64,000 bases of DNA. It comes from Scyliorhinus canicula (Eukaryota). The stretch spans positions 40,043,729 through 40,107,728 of the forward strand of contig NC_052158.1 in NCBI RefSeq assembly GCF_902713615.1, written 5' to 3'. Made by a program: the position numbers and the translations under genes. Below the pieces are notes generated by a model. The model ran no database searches, was not told the DNA's origin, and saw nothing but the letters and a program-made list of their open reading frames with translations. Below are positions 34,771 to 46,821 of the stretch, piece after piece (position 1 is the first letter of the stretch; each line of letters opens with the position of its first letter).

Positions 34771-35300
34771 TGCGATTCAACTAAATGGGGTCAAAGTCCC
34801 TCAGTGAGTGTGTTTAGCCGTGTGTTTCCCAGCGTTCACATCGCTGAGAAACACGCGGCCAATCAACATTACTCACATTGAAAAAGGTGCCCCAGTGGGA
34901 ACGGGTGGGTGAGGCTGCAGGTCGCCCCGCTTCCTGCACTGAGGAGCTACACTTCCCACATCTCCTCAGTATAGCAAAAGATCAGGACCACATTTAAAAA
35001 TGTTGTCCCGAGCTCCGAGGCCCCCAGAGTAACCCCCAAACTCCACATTCCCCCCCCCCCCCTCCAGCCTGAACGCAGTGTGGAGAGTTCTCCGCCCTCC
35101 CCCCGCACCCTACAACACTCACGCAGGTACCCCCAGCCCGATCACGTGCGTGCATAAAATGCCAGCTTGGCACCTTGGACTGCCAAACCGGGAACACCCC
35201 TGCCAGCTGGCAGTGCCACCCAGGCACCTTGGCAGTGCCAGGCTGGCACCTGCAGTACCAGGCCACCACCTTGTCCAAAGGGAATGCAGCTGGGCGTCTC
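34771..35300. mobile_element. Harbinger-like MITE fragment
   Basis: Starts GGGTGCGATTCAACTAAATGG; related to the element at 60296-61120. Confidence 0.55.
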
Positions 35301-35302
35301 TG

Positions 35303-35630
35303 AGCCCCTTGGAGGGTGAGGGAGTGGAGGGTGAGAGAGTGGAGGGTGAGGGAGTGGAGGGTGAGGGAGTGGAGGGTGAGAGAGTGGAGGGTGAGGGAGT
35401 GGTGAGAGAGTGGAGGGTGAGGGAGTGGAGGGTGAGGGAGTGGAGGGTGAGGGAGTGGAGGGTGAGGGAGTGGAGGGTGAGGGAGTGGAGGGTGAGGGAT
35501 TGGAGGGTGAGGGATTGGAGGGTGAGGGAGTGGAGAATGCAGGAGTGGAGGGTGAGGGAGTGGAGGGTGAGGGAGTGGAGGGTGAGGGAGTGGAGGGTGA
35601 GAGAGTGGAGAATGCAGGAGTGGAGGGCGA
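35303..35630. repeat. 15-bp G-rich minisatellite (GAGGGTGAGGGAGTG)n
   Basis: Direct inspection. Confidence 0.95.
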
Positions 35631-35748
35631 GGCTTTGGTGGGTCTCAGTTACCCCTGTGTAACCCTGACTTATTCCGAGGAAAAAGTAATTTGACTATTT
35701 TCAATCCCGTCTATTTGCTTCCCAACAATCTGTCCCTCAGTCACTTAC

Positions 35749-35781
35749 TGTGAGCTGTTGTGTAGATCACACTCGGTGAAT
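35749..35781 (-). CDS. MHC class I 33-nt cytoplasmic exon (DSPSVIYTTAH)
   Basis: Acceptor TTTTACTTCTCCAG, donor GTAAGT, phase 1-1, in frame with the TM exon. Confidence 0.75.
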
Positions 35782-35928
35782 CTGGAGAAGTAAAATAAAT
35801 GTCAGTTAGAATGGGGAATAATCCATTATCAGAGAGTGAGAACATAACAAGTGTGAGGGAATGGAGATTGTGTGAGAAATACTCATTCCCACACTCCCCT
35901 CCATCCTTACACTTTATGGGGATCCGGT

Positions 35929-36600
35929 AAACAGAACATGGAACAATACAGCACAGAACAGGCCCTTCGGCCCATAATGTTGTGCCGAACCTTTGTTCTA
36001 GATTAATCATAGATTATCAGAGAATTTACTGTGCAGAAGGAGGCCATTCGGCCCATCGAATCTGCACCGGCTCTTGGAAAGAGCACCCTACCCAAGGTCA
36101 ACACCTGCACCCTATCCCCATAACCCAGTAACCCCACCCAACACTAAGGGCAATTTTGGACACTGAGGGCAATTTATCATGGCCAATCCACCTCACCCGC
36201 ACATCTTTGGACTGTGGGAGGAAACCGGAGCACCCGGAGGAAACCCACGCACACACGGGGAGGATGTGCAGACTCCGCACAGACAGTGACCCAAGCCGGA
36301 ATCGAACCTGGGACCCTGGAGCTGTGAAGCAATTGTGCTATCCACAATGCTACCGTGCTGCCCTTAAGAACAAATTAATCTACACTCCATCATTCTACCG
36401 TAATCCATGTACCTATCCAATAGACGCTTGAAGGTCCCTAATGTTTCTGACTCAGCTACTCCCACAGGCAGTGCATTCCATGCCCTCAACGAGAACAAAG
36501 AAAATTACAGCACAGGAACAGGCCCTTCAGCCCTTCCAGCCTGCGCTGATCCAGATCCTTTATGTAAACCTGTCGCCTATTTTCCAAGGATCTACTTCCC
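35929..36600 (-). mobile_element. Cluster of HE1-like SINE and CR1 tail fragments
   Basis: SINE body about 36010-36365, tails near 35930 and 36500. Confidence 0.8.
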
Positions 36601-36609
36601 TCTTTTCCC

Positions 36610-39600
36610 TTTGTTGCCCGTGCCACGTGATAGCGAGGCTAGGAATAGGGAGAGAGTGCAGTTGAACACGTGGCTGCAGGAATGGTGTAGGAGGGAGGGC
36701 TTCAGGTATTTGGATAATTGGAGCGCATTCTGGGGAAGGTGGGACCTGTACAAGCAGGACGGGTTGCATCTGAACCAGAGGGGCACCAATATCCTGGGAG
36801 GGAGGTTTTCTAGTACTCTTCGGGAGGGTTTAAGCTAATTTAGCAGGGGAATGGGAACCGGATTTGTAGTCCAGCAACTAAGGAAGCCGATATTCAGGAC
36901 GCCAAAGGGTGTAGTGACGCAGTGGGGAAGGTAACAATGACAAAGGAGAGTACTTGCAGGCAAGGAGATTGGTTGAAGTGTGTGTACTTCAATGCAAGAA
37001 GCATCAGGAATAAGGAGGGTGAACTTAAGGCATGGATCGGTACTTGGGACTACGATGTGGTGGCCATCACGGAAACTTGGATAGAAGAGGGGCAGAAATG
37101 GTTGTTGGAGGTCCCTGGTTATAGATGTTTCAATAAGATTAGAACATAGAACATAGAACAGTACAGCACAGAACAGGCCCTTCGGCCCTCAATGTTGTGC
37201 CGAGCCATGATCACCCTACTCAAACCCACGTATCCACCCTATACCCGTAACCCAACAACCCCCCCCCTTAACCTTACTTTTATTAGGACACTACGGGCAA
37301 TTTAGCATGGCCAATCCACCTAACCCGCACATCTTTGGACTGTGGAAGGAAACCGGAGCACCCGGAGGAAACCCACGCACACAGGGGGAGGACGTGCAGA
37401 CTCCACACAGACAGTGACCCAGCCGGGAATCGAACCTGGGACCCTGGAGCTGTGAAGCATTTATGCTAACCACCATGCTACCCTGCTGCCCCCTAGGGAG
37501 GATGGTAAAAGAGGTGAGGGGGGGTGGCATTGTTAATTAGAGATAGTATAACAGCTGCAGAAAGGCAGTTCGAGGAGGATCTGCCTACTGAGGTAGTATG
37601 GGTTGAAGTCAGAAATAGGAAAGGAGCAGTCACCTTGTTAGGAGTTTTCTATAGGCCCCCCAATAGCAGCAGAGATGTGGAGGAACAGATTGGGAAACAG
37701 ATTTTGGAAAGGTGCAGAAGTCACAGGGTAGCAGTCATGGGTGACTTCAACTTCCCAAACATTGAGTGGAAACTCTTTAGATCAAATAGTTTAGATGAGG
37801 TAGTGTTTGTGCAGTGTGTCCAGGAAGCTTTTCTAACACAGTATGTAGATTGTCCGACCAGAAGTGAGGCCATATTGGATTTGGTACTTGGTAATGAACA
37901 AGGCAGGTGATAGATTTGTTAGTGGGGGATCATTTTGGAGGTAGTGACCACAATTCTGTGACTTTCACTTTAGTAATGGAGAGGGATAGGTGCGTGCAAC
38001 AGGGCAAGGTTTACAAGTGGGGGAAGGGTAAATACAATGCTTTCAGACAAGAATTGAAGTGCATAAGTTGGGAACATAGGCTGTCAGGGAAGGACACAAG
38101 TGAAATGTGGAACTTGTTCAAGGAACAGGTACTGCGTGTCTTTGATATGTATGTCCCTGTCAGGCAGGGAAGAGATGGTCGAGTGAGGGAACCATGGTTG
38201 ACAAGAGAGGTTGAATGTCTTGTTAAGTGGAAGAAGGAGACTTATGTAAGGCTGAGGAAACAAGGTTCAGACAGGGCGCTGGAGGGATACAAGATAGCCA
38301 GGAGGGAACTGAAGAAAGGGATTAGGAGAGCTAAGAGAGGGCATGAAAAATTTTTGGCGGGTAGGATCAAGGAAAACCCCAAGGCCTTTAACACGTATGT
38401 GAGAAATATGAGAATGACTAGAGCGAGGGTAGGTCCGATTAAGGACAGTAGCGGGAGATTGTGTAGTAAGTATGAAGAGATAGGAGAGGTCTTGAACGAG
38501 TATTTTTCTTCAGTATTTACAACGACAGGGGCCATATTTTTGGAGAGGACAGTGTAGTACAGACTGGTAAGCTCGAGGAGATACTTGCTAGGAAGGAAGA
38601 TGTTTTGGGCGTTTTGAAAAACTTGAGGATAGACAAGTCCCCCGGGCCTGACGGGATATATCCAAGGATTCTATGGGAAGCAAGAAATGAAATTGCAGAG
38701 CTGTTGGCAATGATCTTTTCGTCATCACTGTCAACAGGGGTGGTACCAGGTGATTGGAGAGTGGCGAATATCATGCCCCTGTTCAAAAAAGGGAATAGGG
38801 ATAACCCTGGGAATTACAGGCCAGTTAGTCTTACTTCGGTGGTAGGCAAAGTAATGGAAAGGGTACTGAGGGATAGGATTTCTGAGCACCTGGAAAGACA
38901 CTGCTTGATTAAGGATAGTCAGCATGGATTTGTGAGGGGTATGTCTTGCCTCACAAGTCTTATTGAATTCTTTGAGGAGGTGACCAAACATGTGGATGAA
39001 GGTAAAGCAGTGGATGTAGTGTACATGGATTTTAATAAGGCATTTGATAAGGTTCCCATGGTAGGCTTATGCAGAAAGTAAGGAGGCATGGGATAGTGGG
39101 AAATTTGGCCAGTTGGATAACGACTGGCTAACCAATAGAAGTCAGAGAGTGGTGGTGAATGGCAAATATTCAACCTGGATCCCAGTTACCAGTGGCGTAC
39201 CGGAGGGATCAGTTCTGGGACCTCTGCTGTTTGTAATTTTCATTAATAACTTGGATGAGGGAGTTGAACGGTGGGCCAGTAAATTTACAGACGATACGAA
39301 GATTGGTGGAGTTGTGGATAGTGAGGAGGGCTGTTGTCGGCTGCAGAGAGACATGGATAGGATGCAGAGCTGGGCTGAGAAGTGGCAGATGGCGATTAAC
39401 CCTGACAAGTGTGAGGTCGTCCATTTTGGAAGGATAAATATGAGTGCGGAATACAGGGTTAACGGTAGGGTTCTTGGCAATGTGGAGGAGCAGAGAGATC
39501 TTGGGGTCCAGGTTCATAGATCTTTGAAAGTTGCCACTCAAGTGGCTAGAGCTGTGAAGAAGGCCTATGGTGTGCTAGCGTTCATTAGCAGAGGGATTGA

Positions 39601-39990
39601 ATTTAAGAGCCGTGAGGTGATGATGCAGTTGTACAAAACCTTGGTAATGCCACATTTGGAATACTGTGTGCAGTCCTAGTTGCCTCATTTTAGGAAGGAT
39701 GTGGAAGCTTTGGAAAAGATGTGATAGCACTGGAAAGGGGTAGAGGAGAATTACCGGGATGTTGCCTGGAATGGAAAGTAGGTCTTACGAGGAAAGGTTG
39801 AGGGTGCTCGGCCTTTTCTCATTAGAACGGAGAAGGATGAGGGGCGACTTGATAGAGGTTTATAAGATGATCGGGGAATAGATAGAGTAGACAGTCAGAG
39901 ACTTTTTCCCCGGGTGGAACAAACCATTACAAGGGGACATAAATTTAAGGTGAATGGTGGAAGATATAGGGGGGATGACAGAGGTAGGTT
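36610..39990 (+). mobile_element. 5'-truncated CR1 LINE (ORF1 esterase end plus disrupted APE-RT ORF2)
   Basis: ORF1 end (LNTWLQEWCRREGFRYLDNW..DGLHLN); APE YFNARSIRNK, VAITETW, GDFNFP, SDHN; RT KSPGPDGIYP, QHGF, DFNKAFDKVP, GVP.GSVLGP, KFTDDTK. Multiple frameshifts. Confidence 0.95.
37141..37493 (-). mobile_element. HE1-like SINE inserted in CR1 ORF2
   Basis: Interrupts AATAAGATTAG|GGAG with a short TAG duplication. Confidence 0.9.
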
Positions 39991-40009
39991 CTTTACCCAG
40001 AGAGTAGCC

Positions 40010-42560
40010 GTGTTATGTTCCTCGACCAGTGTTATGCTCCTCGTGCTCAATGTGGGAGTTCAGGGACGCGGCCGATGCCCCTGACCCCTTCATGTGCGGG
40101 AAGTGTGTCCAGCTGCAGCTCCTGTTAGACCGCATGGTGGCTCTGGAGCTGCGGATGGACTCACTTTGGAGCATCCGCGATGCTGAGGAGGTCGTGGATA
40201 GCACGCTCAGTGAGTTGGTCACACCGCAGATTAGGATTGGTGACAGAGACAGGTAATGGGTGACTAAAAGGCAGAGAAAGAGCAGGAAGGCAGTGCAGGT
40301 GTCCCCTGCGGTCATCTCCCTGAAAACAGGTATACCGTTTTGGATACTGTTGGGGGAGATGACTCACCAGGGGAAGGCAGTAGTAGCCAGGCTCATGGCA
40401 CCGTGGCTGGCTCTGCTGCACAGAAGGGCGGGAAAAAGACTGGCAGGGCTATAGTCATAGGGGATTCAATTGTAAGGGGCGTAGACAGGCATTTCTGTGG
40501 TCGGAAACGTGACTCCCGAATGGTATGTTGCCTCCCGGGTGCACGGGTCAGAGATGTCTCAGATCGGCTGCAGGGAATACTGAAGGGGGAGGGTGAACAG
40601 CCACCTGTCGTGGTGCATATAGGCACCAACGATATAGGTAAAAAACAGGATGAGGTCTTGCAATCAGAATTTAGCGAGTTAAAAAGTAGGACATCAAAGG
40701 TAGTAATCTCAGGATTGCTGCCAGTGCCACGAGCCAGTCAGAGTAGAAATTCAAGAATAGTCAGAATGAATACGTGGCTTGAGAGATGGTGCAGGAGGGA
40801 GGGGTCCAGGTTTTTGGGACATTGGAACCGGTTCTGGGGCGGTGGGACCATTACAAATCGGATAGTCTACACCTGGGCAGGACTGGAACCAATGTCCGAG
40901 GAGGTGCTTTTGCTAACACTGTTGGGGAGGTTTTAAACTAATGTGGCAGGGGGATGCTAACCAGATTAGGAAGTTAGAGGTCAGTAAAGAGGCAGCAACT
41001 AAAGCCAGTAAGGTGTTAGATAATAAACTTAATGTGACTAAGGGGACAAGTATACAGGGAAGAGATGATGAACGCAAAGGTACAGGTGGTCTGAGGTGCA
41101 TTTGTTTTAATGCAAGAAGTATAGCAGGTAAAGTAGATGAACTTAGGGCTTGGATTAGTACCTGGGAATATGATGTTATTGGTATTACTGAGACTTGGTT
41201 GAGGGAAGGGCAAGACTGGCAACTAAATATCCCAGGGTATAGATGCTTCAGGAGGGATAGGGAGGGAGGTAAAAGGGGTGAAGGAGTTGCATTACTGGTC
41301 AGAGATAATATCACAGCTGTGATTAAGGAGGGCACGATGGAGGATTCGAGCACTGAGGCAATATGGGTAGAGCTAAGAAATAGGAAGGGTGCAGTAACAT
41401 TGTTGGGAATTTACTACAGGCCTCCCAAAAGCGAGTGTGAAGTAAAGGTACAAATATGTAGACAGATGATAGAAAAATGTAGGAGCAACAGTGTGGTTGT
41501 GATGGGAGATTTTAACTTCCCCAACATTGAATGGGACTCATGTAGTGTTGGAGGCGTAGATGGAGCAGAATTTGTAAGGAGCATCCAGGAGAGCTTTTTC
41601 AAGCAGTATGTAAATAGTCCAACTCAGGAAGGGGCCATACAGGACCTGGTATTGGGGAATGATCCCAGCCAGGTGGTTGAAGTTTCCATCGGTGATTACT
41701 TTGGGAATAGCGACCACAATTCCGTAAGTTTTAGAATACTCATGGACAAAGACGAGAGTGGTCCTAAAGGAAGATTGCTAAATTGGGGAAATGCCAAGTA
41801 TAACAAAATTTGGCAGAAGCTAGGGAATGTGGATTGGGAGCAACTGTTTAAGGGTAAATCCACATTTGAAATGTGGGAGTCTTTTAAGGAAAGAGTGCAG
41901 GACAGACGTGTCCCTGTGAAAATGAGGGATAGAAATGGCAAGATTAGGGAACCATGGATGACGGGTGGAATTGTGAGACTAGCTAAGATGAAAAAGGAAG
42001 CACACATAAGATCGAGGCGACTTAAAACTGATGAAGCTTTAGAGGAATATCGGGAAAGTAGGACAAATCTCAAACGCGCAGTAAAGAGGGCTAAAAGGGG
42101 TCATGAAATATCTTTGGCGAACAGGGTTAAGGAAAATCCCAAAGCCTTTTATTCGTATATAAGGAGCAAGAGGGTAACGAGAGAAAGGATTGGCCCACTC
42201 AAAGACAAAAGAGGGAATTTATGCGTGGAGTCAGAAGAAATGGGTGAGATTCTTAATGAGTACTTTGCATCGGTATTCACCAAGGAGAGGGACATGACGG
42301 ATGTTGAGGCTATGGATGGATGTTTAAATACACTAGGTCAAGTCGGCATAAGGAAAGGGGACGTTTTGGGTATTCTAAAAGGCATTAAGGTGGACAAGTC
42401 CCCAGGACCGGATGGGATCTATCCCAGGTTACTGAGGGAAGCGAGGGTCGAATAGCTGGGGCCTTAACAGATATCTTTGCAGCATCCTTGAGCACGGGTG
42501 AGGTCCCTGAGGACTGGAGAATTGCTAGTGTTGTCCCTTTGTTTAAGAAGGGTAGCAGGG
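40010..42560 (+). mobile_element. Second CR1 LINE, 3'-truncated: ORF1 zinc finger and SGNH esterase, ORF2 APE (40941-42455)
   Basis: CSSCSMWE..CGKC, IVIGDSIVRG, CCLPGARVRDV, HIGTND; CFNARS, GITETW, GDFNFP, SDHN, KSPGPDGIYP. Confidence 0.93.
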
Positions 42561-42564
42561 ATCG

Positions 42565-43200
42565 GAGGTCTACAGCACAGAAAAGGCCCTTCGGCCCTTC
42601 TCCTTGACGCAGGTCAAAAAGAACTATCAAAGTATTTGATTCCCGTTTTCCAGCACTTGGCCCCTGTAGCCCTGGCATCGGAAGTTCACATCTAAATACT
42701 TCTGAAATGTTATGAAGGTCTCTGTCTCCAACATCTTTTCAGGCAGTGAGTTCCAAACTCCCACCACCCTCTGGATGAAAAGGTTCTTTCTCACATCCCC
42801 TCTAAACCATTTGCCCCTGACCTTAAATCTAAGCCCCCTGGCCATTGATCCCTCCACCAAGGGGAAAGGTTTCTTCCTCTCTACTCTATCTATGCCCCTC
42901 ACAATTGTATACATCTCACTCATACCCCCATCGGTGTCCTCTGCTCCAAGGAAAACAATCCCAGTCTATCTAATCTCTCTTCATAGCTAAAACTCTCCAG
43001 CCCAGGCAACATCCTGGGAAATCTCTTCTGCCCCCTTTCCAGTGTTATCCCATCCCTCCTGGAATGTGGATTCCAGAACTGCACGATACTATAGCTCTGG
43101 CCTAACCAATGTTTTATACAGTTCCAGCACACCCTCCCTGGCCGTAAACAAAATGCCTCAGTTAATAAAGGCAAGTATACCATGTGCCTTCTAAACCATT
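42565..43200 (-). mobile_element. CR1 3' end, inverted
   Basis: YSIVQFWNPH.RRD, MLPGLESFSYEERLDRLGLFSLE, RFKVRG..FIQRVVGVWNSLP. Confidence 0.9.
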
Positions 43201-43237
43201 GTACCTGTGAGTGGGAATTAAATCAGTTCATTCAACA

Positions 43238-44775
43238 CAGTGTCCTGTACTCCCAGTACTGGGGATTCCCCCACACTCACTCTGTCCCCTCGGTTCTACA
43301 TTCCCCTCTCTCTCCCCTCTCAGTGTCCTGTACTCCCAGTACTGGGGATTCCCCCACACTCACTCTGTCCCCTCAGTTCTATATTCCCCTCTCTCTCCCC
43401 TCTCAGTGTCCTGTACTCCCAGTACTGGGAGATCCCCCCACACTCACTCTGTCCCCTTAGTTCTACATTCCCCTCTCTCTCCCCTCTCAGTGTCCTGTCC
43501 TCCCAGTACTGGGGATTCCCCCCACACTCACTCTGTCCCCTCAGTTCTACATTCCCCTCTCTCTCTCTCTCTCCCCTCTCAGTGTCCTGTACTCCCAGTA
43601 CTGGGGATTCCCCCAAATCACTCTGTCCCCTTAGTTCTACATTCCCCCTCTCTCTCCCCTCTCAGTGTCCTGTACTACCAGTACTGGGGATCCCTCCACA
43701 CTCACTCTGTCCCCTCAGTTCTACATTCCCCTCTCTCTCTCCCCTCTCAGTGTCCTGTCACTCCCAGTACTAGGGATTCCCCCACACTCACTCTGTCCCC
43801 TCAGTTCTACATTCCCCTCTCTCTCTCCCCTCTCAGTGTCCTGTACTCCCAGTACTGGGGATTCCCCCCACACTCACTCTGTCCCCTCAGTTCTACATTC
43901 CCCTCTCTCTCTCCCCTCTCAGTGTCCTGTACTCCCAGTACTGGGGATTCCCCACATTCACTCTGTCCCCTCAGTTCTACATTCCCCTCTCTCTCCCCTC
44001 TCAGTGTCCTGTACTCCCAGTACTGGGGATTCCCCACATTCACTCTGTCCCCTCAGTTCTACATTCCCCTCTCTCTCCCCTCTCAGTGTACTGTACTCCC
44101 AGTATGGGGATTCCCCCACACTCACTGTCCCCTCAGTTCTACATTCCCCCCCTCTCTCTCTCTCTCCCCTCTCAATGTCCTGTACTCCCAGTACTGGGGA
44201 TTCCCCACATTCACTCTGTCCCCTCAGTTCTCCATTCCCCTCTCTCTCCCCTCTCAGTGTCCTGTACTCCCAGTACTGGGGATTCCCCCACACTCACTCT
44301 GTCCCCTCAGTTCTACATTCCCCTCTCTCTCTCCCCTCTCTGTGTACCTGTACTCCCATAGGGGATTCCCCCACATTCACTCGTCCCCTCAGTTCTACAT
44401 TCCCTCTCCCGTACTCACGGGGATCCCCCACCTCTCCCCTCAGTTCTACATTCCCTCTCTCTCCCCTCTCCCTTATCAGTACTGGGATCCCCACACTCAC
44501 TCTGTCCCCTCATTCTACATTCCCCTCTCTTCCCTCTCAGTGCCTGTACTCCCAGTACTGGGATTCCCCCACACTCACTCTGTCCCCTCAGTTCTACATT
44601 CCCTCTCTCTCGTCCCCTCTCCAGTGTCCTGTACTCCCAGTACTGGGGATCCCCCACACACTCTGTCCCCCAGTTCTACATTCCCTCCTCTCTCCCCTCT
44701 CAGTGTCCTGTACTCCCAGTACTGGGGATTCCCCCACACTCACTCTGTCCCACAGTTCTACATTCCCCTCTCTCT
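43238..44775. repeat. 82-83 bp minisatellite, about 19 copies, abutting the TM exon donor
   Basis: The unit contains the palindrome CCCAGTACTGGG and (CT)n. Copies become deletion-rich toward 44770. Confidence 0.93.
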
Positions 44776-44784
44776 TAATCTTAC

Positions 44785-44904
44785 CTCTCCGTTTTCTTTT
44801 CCAGATGATGATTCCGATTGAACCACATATAACAATCAGTGCTGGGATCATTGATCCAATTATAATTCCAAGATGGAAGTGTCCCCCATTGTTTTCCCGG
44901 AATT
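44785..44904 (-). CDS. MHC class I transmembrane exon
   Basis: EFRENNGGHFHLGIIIGSMIPALIVICGSIGIIIWKRKRR, acceptor CTGTTTCAG, donor GTAAGA, 120 nt, phase 1-1. Confidence 0.9.
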
Positions 44905-45479
44905 CTGAAACAGATGTGAATAATATGAGGATTGTCTCTCTGCTCCCGGATCCATTCCCAGTTCTTAATTGGGGACAATTTGAACTGAAGCAGCCCATTG
45001 GGAATTGATGGGATTGGTGGGAACGTTGGTTGTACACTCGCCCGATTTTACTCTCCAGTGAAGTCACTAAAGATTCCCATTGATGGGGGTGTCAAAGCTG
45101 TGTTTTCCCAATCCCGTGGGTTACCTTCCCGGCCAGTTCAGTTCTATTTCTCCCCAATGTCTCTGTGTCCTGTCCTTGCTCAATCTCCAGGGTTACATTG
45201 TACGGCCCAGGATGCAGCATCACTGATGGGTTTCACATCAAACTTCAAAGGGATGAGGAATAAACTGACCACAGGAAACTGGGCTGAGCTGATAATGAGG
45301 AAAACAACAGATAAACAGAGCAAACGCTTCAAAAGAAGCACTAGGTACAATCCAACACAGAACTTAATCCTAACCGACTGCAGTGAAGCCACCATGGACA
45401 ACACATGGAATTGTGAGAGAATCCAACTCAAAGAAAAGATTCACAAATGGCCAGAGATTGAGTTCCAGACATTGGGACG

Positions 45480-46080
45480 AGAATCAGCTGATCAAAGAGA
45501 GACAGGATGGATCTGTGATGGGGGCTCATGTCTGACTAATCACATTGAATTTGATCAGGATCTCACTGACATGGTGGATAAGGGCTTCCAGAAGGTCATT
45601 GATAAAGTTCCACACAAGATTCTTGACAATAATCAGAATGGAATTGGAGGTAATCTTTGACACGGGGTCAGAATTGCTTTGGAGTTATGAAACAGGGAAT
45701 GGGGTAAAAGGAATGTGCTCCCATTGGCAGGATGGGATCAGTTGTATTCCCCGAGGGATCTGTACTGGGCCCTCAGCTTTTCACCATCTGTATTAATGAC
45801 TTGGATGAAGGGACAGAGAATTGTACATTCCAGTTTACTGATGACACTAAGTTAGGAGATTCAGTGTAAGAATATGGACAAAATTAAATAAGTGAATTCC
45901 ATCTGCCACAGTTTTTCCCAATGTGGGAAGTGTGGGATCATCCACATTAAATCTGGGAAAAACAAATCAAAATAATTTCACAATATTGAGAGACTAGGAG
46001 CTGTAAAACAAACAAAGAGATTTGAATAACCCTGAACACAAATCACTAAACGCTTGCTCCCTGTCTCAGAAATCTGAATG
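45480..46080 (+). mobile_element. Old CR1 RT fragments
   Basis: GSCLTNHIEF, FQKVIDKVPH and ..FTDDTK-like decayed motifs. Confidence 0.65.
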
Positions 46081-46150
46081 GTGGAACAGAGTCAATGGGC
46101 TGAATGGCGTCTTCCTGTTACACACACACATATCCAGTCCAGTTCCTTAC

Positions 46151-46429
46151 CCCACTGATGGAGCTTGGGCTCTGCCAGGCTGCTGTGTTCAATTTGACAG
46201 GAGTATTGATCCTCATCCCCAGCATTTATTTCAATCTCTTTCTGGATCTGATGGCTCCCATCGTGGTTCGGTCGAAGCCCCGAGGATTGTGTCTCAGACA
46301 TTACCTCTCCATTCCTTAGCCAGGTCACCTCGATGTCTACAGGATAAAACCCAGTAACCAGGCAGGAGAGAGTGAGCGGCTTGTACTGACTATTGGGCTC
46401 GCTTTTAGAGATGAAGACTTCAGGCTGAT
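46151..46429 (-). CDS. MHC class I alpha3 (Ig C1) exon
   Basis: LSCLVTGFYPVDIEVTWLRNG..PNHDGSHQ..YSCQIEHSSL, 279 nt, AG/GT, phase 1-1. Confidence 0.97.
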
Positions 46430-46545
46430 CTGTAATGGGAAAGGGTGAAAACACAAACAATAGACAGACACTGAATGGAATGGGAGAACGGTTTGATAGG
46501 TCAGTGAAGATAGATCAGAACATGGATCAAAACTCAAATCAGTAC

Positions 46546-46821
46546 CTTTCCGTCCAAAATATTCCTTTCCAGCTTGTAAATAATTCTTTAAACGTTCAAC
46601 AAGTTCAATTTCTAGGTGCCATTTCCAAAACTTATTCCAGGATTCATCGTTATCCCAATCCTCTTTAATCTTCACTGCATTGGGATTGGTTGCGACCCAT
46701 CTCATTCTGTCTGGATCTAAACTAACATAGTCCTTTCCATCAAATCTTTGATTCATCCACCGCTTCATGGTGCCATCTTCAGAGATCTCAACAGATTTTA
46801 TCCATTGCATAATGTGAATTC
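46546..46821 (-). CDS. MHC class I alpha2 exon (non-classical, no cysteines)
   Basis: GIHIMQW..DG..FDGKDYVSLD..W..KEDWD..LE..ERLKNYL, 276 nt, AG/GT, phase 1-1. Confidence 0.95.

Noticed and set aside
43211-45008. Long Ser/Pro/Leu-rich ORFs
   Set aside because: Translations of the 83-bp intronic minisatellite.
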